The notes below the pieces were generated by a model. That model was not told the DNA's origin, searched no databases, and worked only from the letters and a program-made list of their open reading frames with translations. Below are positions 53,695 through 64,000 of a stretch of 64,000 bases of DNA, piece after piece. The translations under genes and the position numbers were made by a program. Position 1 is the stretch's first letter. Every line of letters starts with the position of its first letter. The stretch is from Scenedesmus sp. PABB004 (lineage: Eukaryota): assembly GCA_014905635.1 (NCBI GenBank), contig JABVCE010000004.1, positions 1,612,001-1,676,000 on the forward strand, read 5' to 3'.

Positions 53695-54639
53695 ATGCCG
53701 CGCGCTGCGCTCGCCGCCGTGGCCAGCGCCGTGGCCCTGGCCCTCATCCTGGCTCCCGGGGCGGTCTTTGTGCAGCCCCAGGGACCGGAGCGAGGGGCGT
53801 ACGCGCTCCTGGAGCGAGCGGCGGCCGCGGCAGCAGCGGTGCGCGGCGCGCCCGACCTGCGCCCGCTGCTGCCGGCGCGCCGCCCGGCCCAGCCCTGGGC
53901 CTACCGTGACGTGAGCACCGCTCGGGTCGCCGTGGGCGTGACCGACACCGGCGCGCTGGTCGCGAGCGTGCAGCACGCGCCGCTCGCGGGCGTCTCGGCG
54001 CGCGCCGTGGCGTGGTGGTTTGCGGGCGGCCTCGAGGGCGAAGCCCCCTACGCCGGCGACGGCGAGGTGTGGCGCAAGTACGTGCAGTGGCACCCGCGCG
54101 ACCACGTGCGCCAGGTCACGCTCAGCAGCAGCAGGGGAGGCCGGCGCGGCACGCTGTGGGAGATCGCCGAGTTCATTGGCGCGCCGGCGGGCGGCTTCAC
54201 GGCGGCCGACGCGCCCAGTGCGGCCGCCGCGGCGCGCGCGCAGGCCGTGCGCGCGACGGTGCAGGTCGAGCGCCTGGACGCGCACGGGCTGCGCGTGCAC
54301 CTGCCGGCCGTGCTCGGCGTGCCGGGCAGCACGCTGTGGAGCCTGCGCCACGACTGGGCGGACAGCCCCGCCGGGCTGCGGCTCAACAGCACCCAGGTCG
54401 TGGGCGCCGCGGAGGCCGGCTGGCGGCCGCTGGCCTTTGCGCGCGCGCGCAACGCGCTCGTGCGCGGCCTGTTTGGCAGGCGGCGCGACCCGCGCGCGCT
54501 GCTGACCGCGTGGGCGGCGCACTGCGTCGAGGAAATGGGCAACCTCGAGCGCATCCTGCCCGCGCTGCACGCCGCGGCGGCGGGGCCGGGGGCGCCGCCC
54601 GCCGAAGCGCCGGCACGCGCGGCGCCGAGCGAATTGTGA
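53695..54639 (+). CDS. PhlG/DAPG-hydrolase-like (Bet v1-fold, Zn-dependent C-C hydrolase) protein with signal peptide or anchor, intronless
   Basis: GVSARAVAWWF...KYVQWHPRDH...IAEFIG...LRHDW...LNS...AHCVEEMGNLERILPALH follows the PhlG-family pattern (M.DWWF, Y..WHP..H, E.IG, HC..EM..L..FLP.L). Hydrophobic N-terminus MPRAALAAVASAVALALILAPG. Confidence 0.7.
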   Translation: MPRAALAAVASAVALALILAPGAVFVQPQGPERGAYALLERAAAAAAAVRGAPDLRPLLPARRPAQPWAYRDVSTARVAVGVTDTGALVASVQHAPLAGVSARAVAWWFAGGLEGEAPYAGDGEVWRKYVQWHPRDHVRQVTLSSSRGGRRGTLWEIAEFIGAPAGGFTAADAPSAAAAARAQAVRATVQVERLDAHGLRVHLPAVLGVPGSTLWSLRHDWADSPAGLRLNSTQVVGAAEAGWRPLAFARARNALVRGLFGRRRDPRALLTAWAAHCVEEMGNLERILPALHAAAAGPGAPPAEAPARAAPSEL

Positions 54640-54989
54640 CCCGGGAGGTCGCGACGTCTGATCTGGAGCTCCCGCACCCGCCCCAGGCAGCCGCCGAGCT
54701 GCGCGCGCGCAGCGGCGTCGCGCTGTCGAGGCGCGGCGACAAGTGCGCCAAAAAACCGCGCACCCCGCGCGAGCCACACGCGCTGAGGGCCGCGTTGGCC
54801 CTCCCAGCGGGCGCTTTTGTGAATCCGACACACGGCTGCTGCCGCCAGCCGCTGCCTGGACGCGCATTGCAGCGCGCGCAGCAGCAGCAGAGCACTCGCC
54901 GGTGCCGTTTGCGGCGCTGCCGCCGCTTCGCGGATCTCGTGTAGCGCCGGCTGAGTGTGGAGGCCGCCGTGCGCCTGGCGGGCGCCACC

Positions 54990-55554
54990 ATGGGCGGCTC
55001 CGCCAGCTCGGGCGCGCTCGGCGCCTGGGCAGCGGCGGAGTCCGACCCGGAGTCTGACCTCCTGGACGCGTGGCGCATCCTGGAGCTCGCTGCCGAGCGC
55101 CACGGCGACCGGTGCGCGCGGCAGTCGGGGCCCGCTCGCCGACCGCGCGCGCGCGGCGCGCCGCCGCCGCAGCGCGCCGCGCGAGGAGGCCCCCCGCCGC
55201 AACCGCCGCAACCGCCGCAACCGCCGCACCGCCCCGCGCGCGCGCAGGCTGGCGGTCGTGGACGGCGCACCCTCGCCGGCCGCGGCGACGGCGACGTACG
55301 CCGGCCTCGCGCGCCACGCGGCGGGCCTGGCCGCGGCGCTCGCGCGCCTCGGGCTGCGCCGCGGCGGGCGGGTGGCCGTGATGCTGCGCAACTGCGGCGA
55401 GGTGCTCGCGCTGCACTACGCCGCGGCGGCGCTGCGCGCGGTCGTGGTCAACGTGAACGTCTCGCTCGCGCCGCCGGAGCTCGCCCACGTGCTGGCCGAC
55501 TCGGGCGCGACGCTTGTGGTCGCGAGCCCCGAGTTTGGCGCCGCGCTGGCCGCT

Positions 55555-55592
<38 letters not shown>

Positions 55593-55747
55593 GCCCGCGC
55601 CGCCCGCGCCCGCGCCCGCAGGTGCCGCCGACGCCGCGCGCGCGGGCGACGAGGCCGCGGAGGCCGCGGCGCACGAGCGCCTCGCGCCGCTGGCGGTCAC
55701 CGGCGTGGTGTGGACGCGCGCGCACGGCGGCGGCGGTGCCGCGGCCG

Positions 55748-55780
<33 letters not shown>

Positions 55781-56062
55781 TCCCCGGCTGGGCGGCGAGC
55801 GCCTACCCCTACGCCGCCGGCGCGCCGGGCGAGGGCGGCGAGGGCGGCGACGCCGCAGACGAGCGCGCGTACGTCGCCGCGCTGGACCGGCAGCCCTTTG
55901 ACCCCGACCTCGGCCTGCACATGTACTACACCAGCGGCACCACCGGCCGCCCCAAGGCGCGGCGCCGCGCGCAGCGCGCCGGCCCGGCCCGCGGCGGCCG
56001 GGGGCGGGGCGCGGCCGCACGCGCGCGCGCTGGAGAGGCTGCCGAGGCCCGACGCACGCCGT

Positions 56063-56109
<47 letters not shown>

Positions 56110-59100
56110 GCCGCCGCCGCAGGGCGTGGTGCTGAGCCACCGCGTGGTGGTCCTGCACGCGCTCGGCACCATCCTGGGTGCGCAGGGCCGCCGGCAGGGG
56201 CAGGGGCAGGGGCAGGGCCGGCCGCTGCACGCGGCGCGCGCCGCGCGGCCCCTGCGGCCCTGACCCGCGCACCGCGCCGCGCCGCGCGCCGCAGAGATGC
56301 GCCTGCACGGCGGCGACGTGTGGGGCCACTTCGCTCCGCTCTTCCACCTCGTCGACGTCTTTGCAGGCGCGTGCGCGTGCCTGCGCAGCGCGCGGGCGCG
56401 CCTCGGAACCAGCCTCCAGCTCGCTGCACGGCCGCGCGCGCCGCCCCGCAGTCTACGCCATCACGCTGGTCGGCGGGCGCCACGTCATCGTGCCCACCTT
56501 CAGCGCCGCCGACGTGCTGCTCGCCATGGGTGCGCCGCCGCGCCGCGCGCGCGCCTGCGCGGGCCCCGGCTCCGCGGCGCGCCCCGGCCGCGCCCTGCCC
56601 GACGGCGCGCCCGCACCGCTTAACCCTGCCCCGCGCCGCGCAGAGCGCGAGTGCGTGACCGTGAGCAACGTCGCGTCCACGATGGTGACGCTGCTGCTGG
56701 GCAGCCCGCTGCTGCCGGGCGCCGACCTCTCGCGCCTGCGCCTGCTCTCGTGCGGCGGCAGCCCGGCCAGCCCGGCCACGGTCTGCCGCGCGGTCGCGGC
56801 GCTGGGGTGCGAGTTCTTCGTGAGCTACGGCATGACCGAGAGCTGCGGCAAGATCAGCATGAGCATCCTGCCCCGCACCGCACCGCTGCCGCCGCCGCGC
56901 GCGCGGCGCCGCGCCGGCGGCGCCGGCGACGGCGACGGCGCGGCCGCCGCCGCGCTGGACGCGGTGTGCACCTCGGGGCGGCCGTTCCTGCTCATGGAGG
57001 TGCGGCGGGGCGGGACAAGCCGGCTGCAGGGCCCCGCGGCGCGCGGCTGCACGCTGCCGGCGCGCGTGCGTGCGTGCACCCCGCGCGCCCGCCGAGCTCC
57101 GCCCCGCCGCGCCCCGTCCCGCCCCGCCAGGTGCGCGTGCTGGACGAGGCGGGCGCCGACGTGCCGCCGGGCAGCGGCCGCGTGGGCGAGGTCGCGGTGC
57201 GGGGGCCGACGCTCTTCGCCGGCTACTGGCGCCGCCCCGCCGCCACGGCCGCGGCGTTCAGCGCCGACGGCGAGTGGTTCCTCACGGGTGCGTGGCGCGG
57301 CGGCGATGAGACGCGCGGGCGGCCTGGCGGGGGCGGCGGCTCAGCGCGCAGCAGCCGCGCTGCGCGCGCGCCCACGCGCCGCGCGCCCGCGCGCCGCGCG
57401 CGGCGCGGCGCCTGCAGGCGACCTCGCGCTGCGCCGCGCGGACGGCAACCTGAGCGTCGTCGACCGCAAGAAGGACATGCTGCTGGTGGCGGGCGAGAAC
57501 GTGTACTGCACCGAGGTGGCCCGGGCGCCCAGCTGGGCCGCCCCGCCGCGGCGGCAGGCGCGGCGCGCGGCACGCTCCGGCTCCTGACATTGTCACCGCC
57601 GCCGCGCGCAGGTCGAGGCCGCGCTGCTGTCGCACCCAGGCGTCGCGCAGGCCGCGGTGTTCGGCACGCCCAACGCGGTGCTCGGCGAGCTCGTCGCCGC
57701 CGCGGTCGTGGCGCGCCCGGGCGCGGCCGCCGCGGCGGGCGGCGACGCGGCGTTTGCGCGCGAGCTGACCGAGTGGTGCGCCGCGCGCCTGGCGCACTAC
57801 AAGGTGCCTGCGGCGGTGCACCTGCTGCCAGCCATGCCCATGACGGGGTCAGGCAAGATACTCAAGACCGAGCTGCGCCAGCGCTTCGCCGCCGCCCCCG
57901 CCGTCCCTGCCGCCGCCTCCGTGCCCGCTGCGCCGGCCGCGCCGCCGGGCGCGGCGGCCCCGCCGCCGGGCGGCGAGCGCCTGGCGGTGCCGGGTCTGAG
58001 CCCGGCCGCGCTGGCGGCCGCGGCCGCGGCCGTGCTGCGCGGCGTCGGCGCGCCCGGCGCGCCGGCGGAGCCGCTCTCCCTGGCGGCGCCGGGGCTGGCG
58101 CTCACGGGCGACGCCAGCTACGTGCTGCCCCTCGTGGACGGCTCCAGCGCCGCGGCTCAGGTGGCCCCCGCGCTGGCGGCCGGCGCGCGGAGCCTGCTGC
58201 TGCTGGCGGGGCGCGCGCCGGCGGGCGCCGACGCGGCGGCGACCTCGGCTGCGCTGAGCGCCGCCGGCGGCCGCGCGGCGCTGGCGCTGCTGGACGGGGG
58301 CGTGGCGGCGCGGCCCGACCTGCTGGCCTTTGCGCTGCTTGACGCGGCGGGCGGGGGCCTGCCGCCGCTGGCCGGCGTGCTCCTGCCGGGCGGCGCCGCG
58401 CCGCCGGCGCCCGCGCCCGCGCCCGCGCCCGCACCCGCGCCCGCGCTCGCCGGCGCGCCGCCGGCGGCCGCGCCGGCGGCCGGTGGCGACGCTGCCGCGG
58501 CGGCGATGGCGGGCGTCGTGCAGGCGGCGGTGTCGGAGCTGCTGGGCCCGGCGGCGGCGGGCGGCATCGGCCGGGACGAGCCTCTGATGAGCGCGGGGCT
58601 CAACTCCACGCTCGCGGTCGCGCTCACGGGCCAGCTGGAGGCGCAGCTCGGCGTGCGCCTGCCGCCCACGCTGGTGGGTCGCCGGCGCCTGCGCCGCGCC
58701 GCGCGCTGGCCGCCTGCCAAGCCCTAACACACGCGCGCACGCACGCACACAGGTGTTTGACTATCCCTCGGTCGCCCAGCTGGCAGGCTACCTGGCTGAG
58801 GCCTGCCCCAGCGCAGCGGCGGGCGCGGCCGGTGGCAGCGGCACCGAGGCCGCCGCGCTCGCGCTCGTGTCGGCGGCGGTGCGCGAGCTGCTGGGTCCCG
58901 CGGGCGGCGAGCTCGACCCGGCCGCGCCACTGATGAGCGCGGGGCTCAACTCCACCAGCGCCATCGCGCTCGCGGGCGCGCTCGAGGCGGCGGTGGGCGC
59001 GGCGCTGCCGCCGACGCTGGTGCGGCGCGCGGGCGGGGCGCGCAGGGCGCACGCGCGCTGCTGCGCTCGCGGCGCTCGCTGCCTCACTCGCGTGCGCGCC

Positions 59101-62100
59101 CGGCGGGCTCGCCCGACGACGCCCCTCCCCGACTCGGCAGGTCTTTGACTATCCCACAGTGCGCGACATCGCTGCGTTCCTGGCAGAGTCGGCGCTGCTG
59201 CCGCCCGACGCGCTGGCCGCCGCGCCGCCCGCCGCGGCGCGCGCGCGCGCCGAGGCAGCGCCGCCCACTGCGCTGGCGGGCGCGGAGGCGCCCGGCGCGC
59301 GCCGCGCGCTGCTCGTCCTCGCCAGCGCGACACGCGCGCCCGGGCGCGGCGGCGGCGGCGACGCGGTGGGCGTCGTGCCACTTGCGCGCTGGGACGCGGA
59401 CCTGTCGCTGCCCTGTCACGCGCCCGGGGAGCTGCAGCCGCGCTTCGGCGCCTTCCTGGACGGCGTGGAACTCTTTGACGCGCCCGCGCTTGGCCTCACG
59501 CCGGCCGAGGCGCTGCTGGTCGACCCGCAGCAGCGCCTGATGCTCGAGGCCTACGCCGAGGTCCACGCCGCGGCGGCGGCCACCGGCCTCGCCTCGCGGT
59601 GAGTTGTTCCGCGCGCCGCGCGCGCCGCGCGGCCGCGCCGCGCCGCGGCCGCTCGGCCCGGCCCACGCCCCGCCGCGCGCCCGCCCCCCGCCGCCCAGGT
59701 CGGCGGGCGTGTACGTGGGCGTGAGTCAGCTCGAGTACGCCCGAGTCACGCTCGAGGCGGGCGTGCCTGTGAGCGCCTACTACGCGACCGGCGCCCACCT
59801 CAGCGTCACCGCGGGGCGCATCAGCTACACCTTTGGACTCTCCGGCCCCGCGCTCGCCGTCGACACCGCCTGCTCCAGCAGCCTCGTGACGGCGCACCTC
59901 GCGGCGGGCGCGCTGCGCGCCGGCGAGGTCGCCATGGCCGCGGCGGGCGGCGTCAACCTCACGCTCGCCAGCAGCTGGAGCATGGCGTGCAACCGCGCAG
60001 GCGCGCAGCAGCGGCGGGCGGCCGCCGCGCGGGGCGCCCCGCCCGCTGCCGCGCGCGCCCGACCCCTGACGGGCATTCCGCGCTCGGTTGCGCGGCGCGC
60101 AGGCATGCTCTCGCCCGAGGGCCGCTGCAAGACGCTCGACGCGGCCGCCGACGGCTACGTGCGCGCCGAGGCAGCTGGCATGGTGCTGCTCCTCCCCGCC
60201 GACGCGGCGATCGCGGCCGGCCAGGCCGCGCTCGCGGCCAGCTGCGCGCTGCTGGCGGGCAGCGCGGTCAACCAGGACGGCCGCTCGTCGGCGCTGACGG
60301 CGCCCAACGGCCCCGCGCAGCAGGCCGTGCTGCGCGCTGCGCTGGCGGACGGCGGCCTGGCGCCCGCGGACCTGGCAGGCCTCTCCATGCACGGCACGGG
60401 CACGCCGCTGGGTGCGTGCGTGCTGCAGGGGCGGCGCAATGGGCCGTGCGCGCTGCCCCGCGCTGCGCCGCTTCCTGGCACCCAACGCTCTTGCTCACGC
60501 GCCGCCCCGCCGCCGCCTGCCCCCCGCGCAGGCGACCCGATCGAGGTCGGCGCGGCGGCCGAGGTGCTGCTGGCGGGCGAGAAGCACGCGCCGCTGGTGC
60601 TGGCGTCACGCAAGGCCTGGCTCGGCCACGGTGAGCGGCGGCTCGACGTGGGTTGCGCTGCGCGCCTGCCCCCAAGCGTGGTGCGGCGCGCCGACCGCCC
60701 GCGCCCCCCCCCCCCCCCCCGCCTGCTGCCGCCGCCTGCAGGCGAGCCCGCTGCGGGCGTGATGGGCCTGCTGCACGCCACGCACATGCTGGGCCACGCG
60801 GCCGTGCCGCCCATCGGCCACCTGCGCACGCTCAACCCCTACGTCCAGCGCCTCATGCCGCACGACGGCCGAGCAGCCGGCGGCTGGGCCGCGCCGCGCG
60901 GCGCGGGCGGCCTGCCCAGCGCGCTCACGCCCGAGCGCCGCGCCCTGGCGGCGGTGGGACGAGCGCGTTTGCCTTTCAGGTGGGGCCTGGCGCACACGCG
61001 CAAACGCGCGCCGCGCTGCGCCGAGGCTGCGCTGCGCCGCTGTGCCTGCCGACGCGGCGCCCCCGCCGCCTCTGCCGCCGCCGCGCAGGGCACCAACGCG
61101 CACGCCCTCGTGGCGCGCACCCCGGGCGCCGGCGGCCCCGCTGCCGCGCCCGCCACGCCCCGCGACCTCCGCCGCGCGCGGCTGTACGTGCTGCCCCACG
61201 TGCATCCCTTCCTCGGAGGCCTCACGCTCGGCGCCGAGAGCCTCACGCTCCACTGCCGCGTGTCCGCGGCCGGCCGGCTGGCGTACCTGGCGGACCACGT
61301 CGTGCACGGCCGCGCGCTGCTGCCCGCGGCGGCGATGATGGAGCTGTGCGCCGCGACCGCGGCGGCGGGGCTGCCCGACGCTGCGGCCGACGACGGCGGT
61401 AGCGCCGGCGCGCTGCTCGCGGTGACGGGGCTGGCGATGAGCGCACCCATCATCCTGCCCGCCCTGGTGGCGCGCGGGGGCGGTGAGCGCCAGGAGATGG
61501 ACGAGGAGGAGGAGGAGGCTGGCGAGCTGGTCGTCGTGTGCACGCTGCACCTGGCCAGCGGCCGGCTCAGCATCGGCCACCTCACCCGCGAGGCCGGCGC
61601 CACCGCCGGCGACGCCGGCGCTGGCGCGGCCGTGACGTGCGCGACCGCGCGCGCGGCCGTCGTGGCGGCAGCACCGCCGGCGCCGGCGCCGCGCGCCGAC
61701 GACGCCGCGGCGCCGGCGGCACGCGCGGCGCGCCTGGTGTCTGGTGCGGCGTCCGTGCTCGCCGACGTGCTGCGCCCGGCGGCCGCCGCGGCGCTGCGCT
61801 CCGGCGCCGCTGCGGTGCTGCCGCTCCCGGCGGTCGGCACCATCGCGGGGCTGGAGGACGACTGGACGGCGTCAGGCTACTTCTCAAGCCCCTGCCAGGT
61901 CGACTCGGCGCTGCACCTCGGCGTGACCGACCCGGCCGCAGGCGCCGCCAGGGTCCCGGTCGCGCTGGACGCCTTCCTCCTGCCCGCCGCCGCGGCGCGG
62001 CGCGGCGCGACGGGCCCGCTGGCCGCGGCCGCCGCCGCGCCCGGCGCGGCGCCCGGGCCCGCCGGCACCAGCCGCGCCAGCTTCCTGCTGCACGCCGCCG

Positions 62101-64000
62101 GCGTCGGCGCCCGCCACCTGCAGGGCGGCGCCGGCCCGCGCGCGCCGCGCGTGCCCGGCGGCAGCTCCGACGAGCCTTCCGGCGCGGGGCGGCTGGTGGT
62201 GGTGGTGGAGGGCCTGCAGACCAAGCTGGTCCCGGCGCCGGGGGCGGAGCGGCCGCGCGGGGTCGCGCGCGCGCGCGCCCCGCAGCGCCAGCGGGCGAGC
62301 AGGAGGACAGCGAGGATGGCGCGCCGGTGTCATATGAGCTCGCCTGGCAGGCCGCCGAGCCCGCCGCCGCCAAGGATGGCAAGGAGGGCCCGGCGCAGGA
62401 CGCGAGCGCGCGCGCGCGCGACGGCCGGCAGGCGGGCGGCCTCGCGGTCGTGGTGCGCGCCGACGGCGGCGCCGGCGGCGCGCCCGCGGCGGCGCTGCGG
62501 CTGCGGCTGCGGCCGCGCGGCGCCGCGGCGGCTGCCGCCTCGTCGGCGCTGGCGGCGCTGCAGCAGGTCAACCGGCTGCAGGCGAGCGGCGCGTCCGGCC
62601 TCGCGCTGCAGGCGCAGCTGGCGACAGGTGGCAGCAGGCTGGGCCCGGGCGACGGGCCGCAGGCCGCGACCGACGCCGCCGCCGACCCGGCGAGCGCGGT
62701 GTGGGGCCTGCTGCGCACGGAGGCGACGGAGCAGGCAGGGCTGCAGGTCAGCCTTGCCGACAGCGGCTCCGCCGGCGGCGTCACGGCTGCGGCAGCGCAG
62801 CGGGAGGCCGCGCCGGGCGCCCTGGGCGCGGCGGCTGCGCGCGGCGGCGCGGTGCAGGTCCCGCGCCTGCTGCCGGCCGCGCTGCCGGAGAGCGCGGAGC
62901 ACGTGACAATCACCCCAGAGCCGCGCAGCTCGCTCTCAAACCTGGTGGCGCGGTCGGCCGACCTCGGCCGGGTGCGCGGGCGCTGGGGCAGCCCGTGGCG
63001 GCGCTTGCGCGCTCCGGCGCCCTGCTGCTGACAGCGCTGCCGCCGCGCCGCCCGCAGATGCAGCCTGGGCCAGGCGAGGTGCTGCTGGGCGTGCGCGCTG
63101 TGGGCATCAACTTCAGGGACGTGCTCAACGTCCTCGGCATGTACCCGGGCGACCCCGGCGCCCCGGCAGCGACGTCGCGGGCGTCGTGCTGGCGGCAGGT
63201 GCGCCGGCCGCTGCCGGTCCACGGGGGGCCTCGGCGCACCGGGGGAGCCCCAAGGCTCGCCCCCGACGCGCGCTGCGGCCGCGGCCGCCCCCGCCGCAGG
63301 CGCCGGCGCCGCGCACGCGCCCGGTGACGAGGTCTTTGGCCTCGCCCACGGCTGCCTGGGCACGGTCGTGCGGGGCCCGGGCGACACGCTCGTGCCGCTG
63401 CCGCCCTGCCTCAGCTACGAGGAGGCCGCGACCGCGCCCACGGTCTTTGCCACCGTCTCCGCCGCGCTGCACGGCGCGGCGCGCGTGACCGCGGGCGAGC
63501 GCGTGCTGGTGCACGCGGGCGCCGGCGGCGTGGGCCTGGCGGCGCTGCAGCTCGTCCGCAGCTCCGGCGCGACGCCGCTGGCGACCGCGGGCAGCCCCGC
63601 CAAGCGCGTGCTGCTGCGGCGCCTGGGCGTGGCGCACGTGGTGGGGTCGCGCGACACGGCCTGCTACGCCAGCATCGCGTCGGGCGGCGGCGTGGACGTG
63701 GTGCTCAACTCGCTGACGTCGCCCGGCATGGTCGGCGGCGCGCTGGCCGTGCTGCGGCGCGGCGGTCGGTTTGTGGAGATTGGCAAGCGCGACATCTGGG
63801 GCCCCGCCGCGGTCGCGGCGGAGCGCCCGGACGTGAGCTACAGCCTCGTCGCCATCGACTTTGCGCCGCCGCACGTGCTGCGCCGCGAGCTCACGCGCGT
63901 CGCCGCCATGCTCGCGACCGGCGCGCTGCGCCCGCTCCCTGTCTCGAGCTACGCCCTGAGCTCGGTGGTCGCGGCAATGCGGCTGCTTGCGCAGGCCAGC
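54990..64000 (+). CDS. Type I modular polyketide synthase, AT-less: acyl-AMP/CoA ligase, KR remnant, ACP, ACP, KS, DH, ER (continues beyond window end; three apparent frameshifts)
   Basis: YTSGTTGRPK-GVVLSH, SYGMTE, WFLTG-D, DRKKDM..GENVY, PMTGSGKILK (adenylation); two LMSAGLNS..PPTL-VFDYP (ACP); DPQQRL, DTACSSS, NQDGRS..LTAPNGPAQ, HGTGT.LGDPIE, K..LGH.EPAAG, SAFAFQ-GTNAH (KS); LADHVVHGRALLP, VDSALH (DH); GINFRDVL, GERVLVHAGAGGVG, GRFVEIGKRD (ER). No AT (GHSxG) seen in this part. Confidence 0.93.

Overview
Eukaryotic nuclear DNA of very high GC, roughly 75-80% by eye. It is gene-dense, with short (mostly ~90-170 nt) GC-rich introns, GTGCGC/GTGAG or GC donors, (C)GCAG acceptors and TGTAA poly(A) signals, which fits a chlorophyte green alga (Sphaeropleales-like; inference). 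Most long ORFs in the supplied track are GC-rich artefacts. I reconstructed about 23 genes by hand from spliced fragments: plastid S1-domain ribosomal protein, TPX2, PSA2, FAP221/PCDP1, GT14/Branch-like glycosyltransferase, BAH-domain protein, M43 metalloprotease, ABHD11-like hydrolase, Alba, exportin-4, TPR+J protein, RPAIN, RPS20, PDZ protein, ArfGAP, an orphan, copper amine oxidase, DEAH helicase, an RNase M5 homologue, PRP38, a 13-repeat ankyrin protein, a PhlG/DAPG-hydrolase-like protein, and the 5' part of a large AT-less type I PKS (AMP-ligase, KR remnant, ACP, ACP, KS, DH, ER) that runs off the window. Most notable: (1) a candidate polyketide locus of PKS + signal-peptide-bearing PhlG-like C-C hydrolase + DARPin-like ankyrin gene; (2) an intronless Firmicutes-type RNase M5 with a long N-terminal extension; (3) two local duplications that seem to move gene ends between unrelated genes, a ~700-bp inverted pair bracketing the hydrolase gene and a ~530-bp direct copy of the ArfGAP 3' end behind the amine oxidase; (4) many GC-AG introns. 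Several frameshifts at G/C runs look like assembly errors. All family calls are motif recognition by eye, not database searches, and gene boundaries are approximate.
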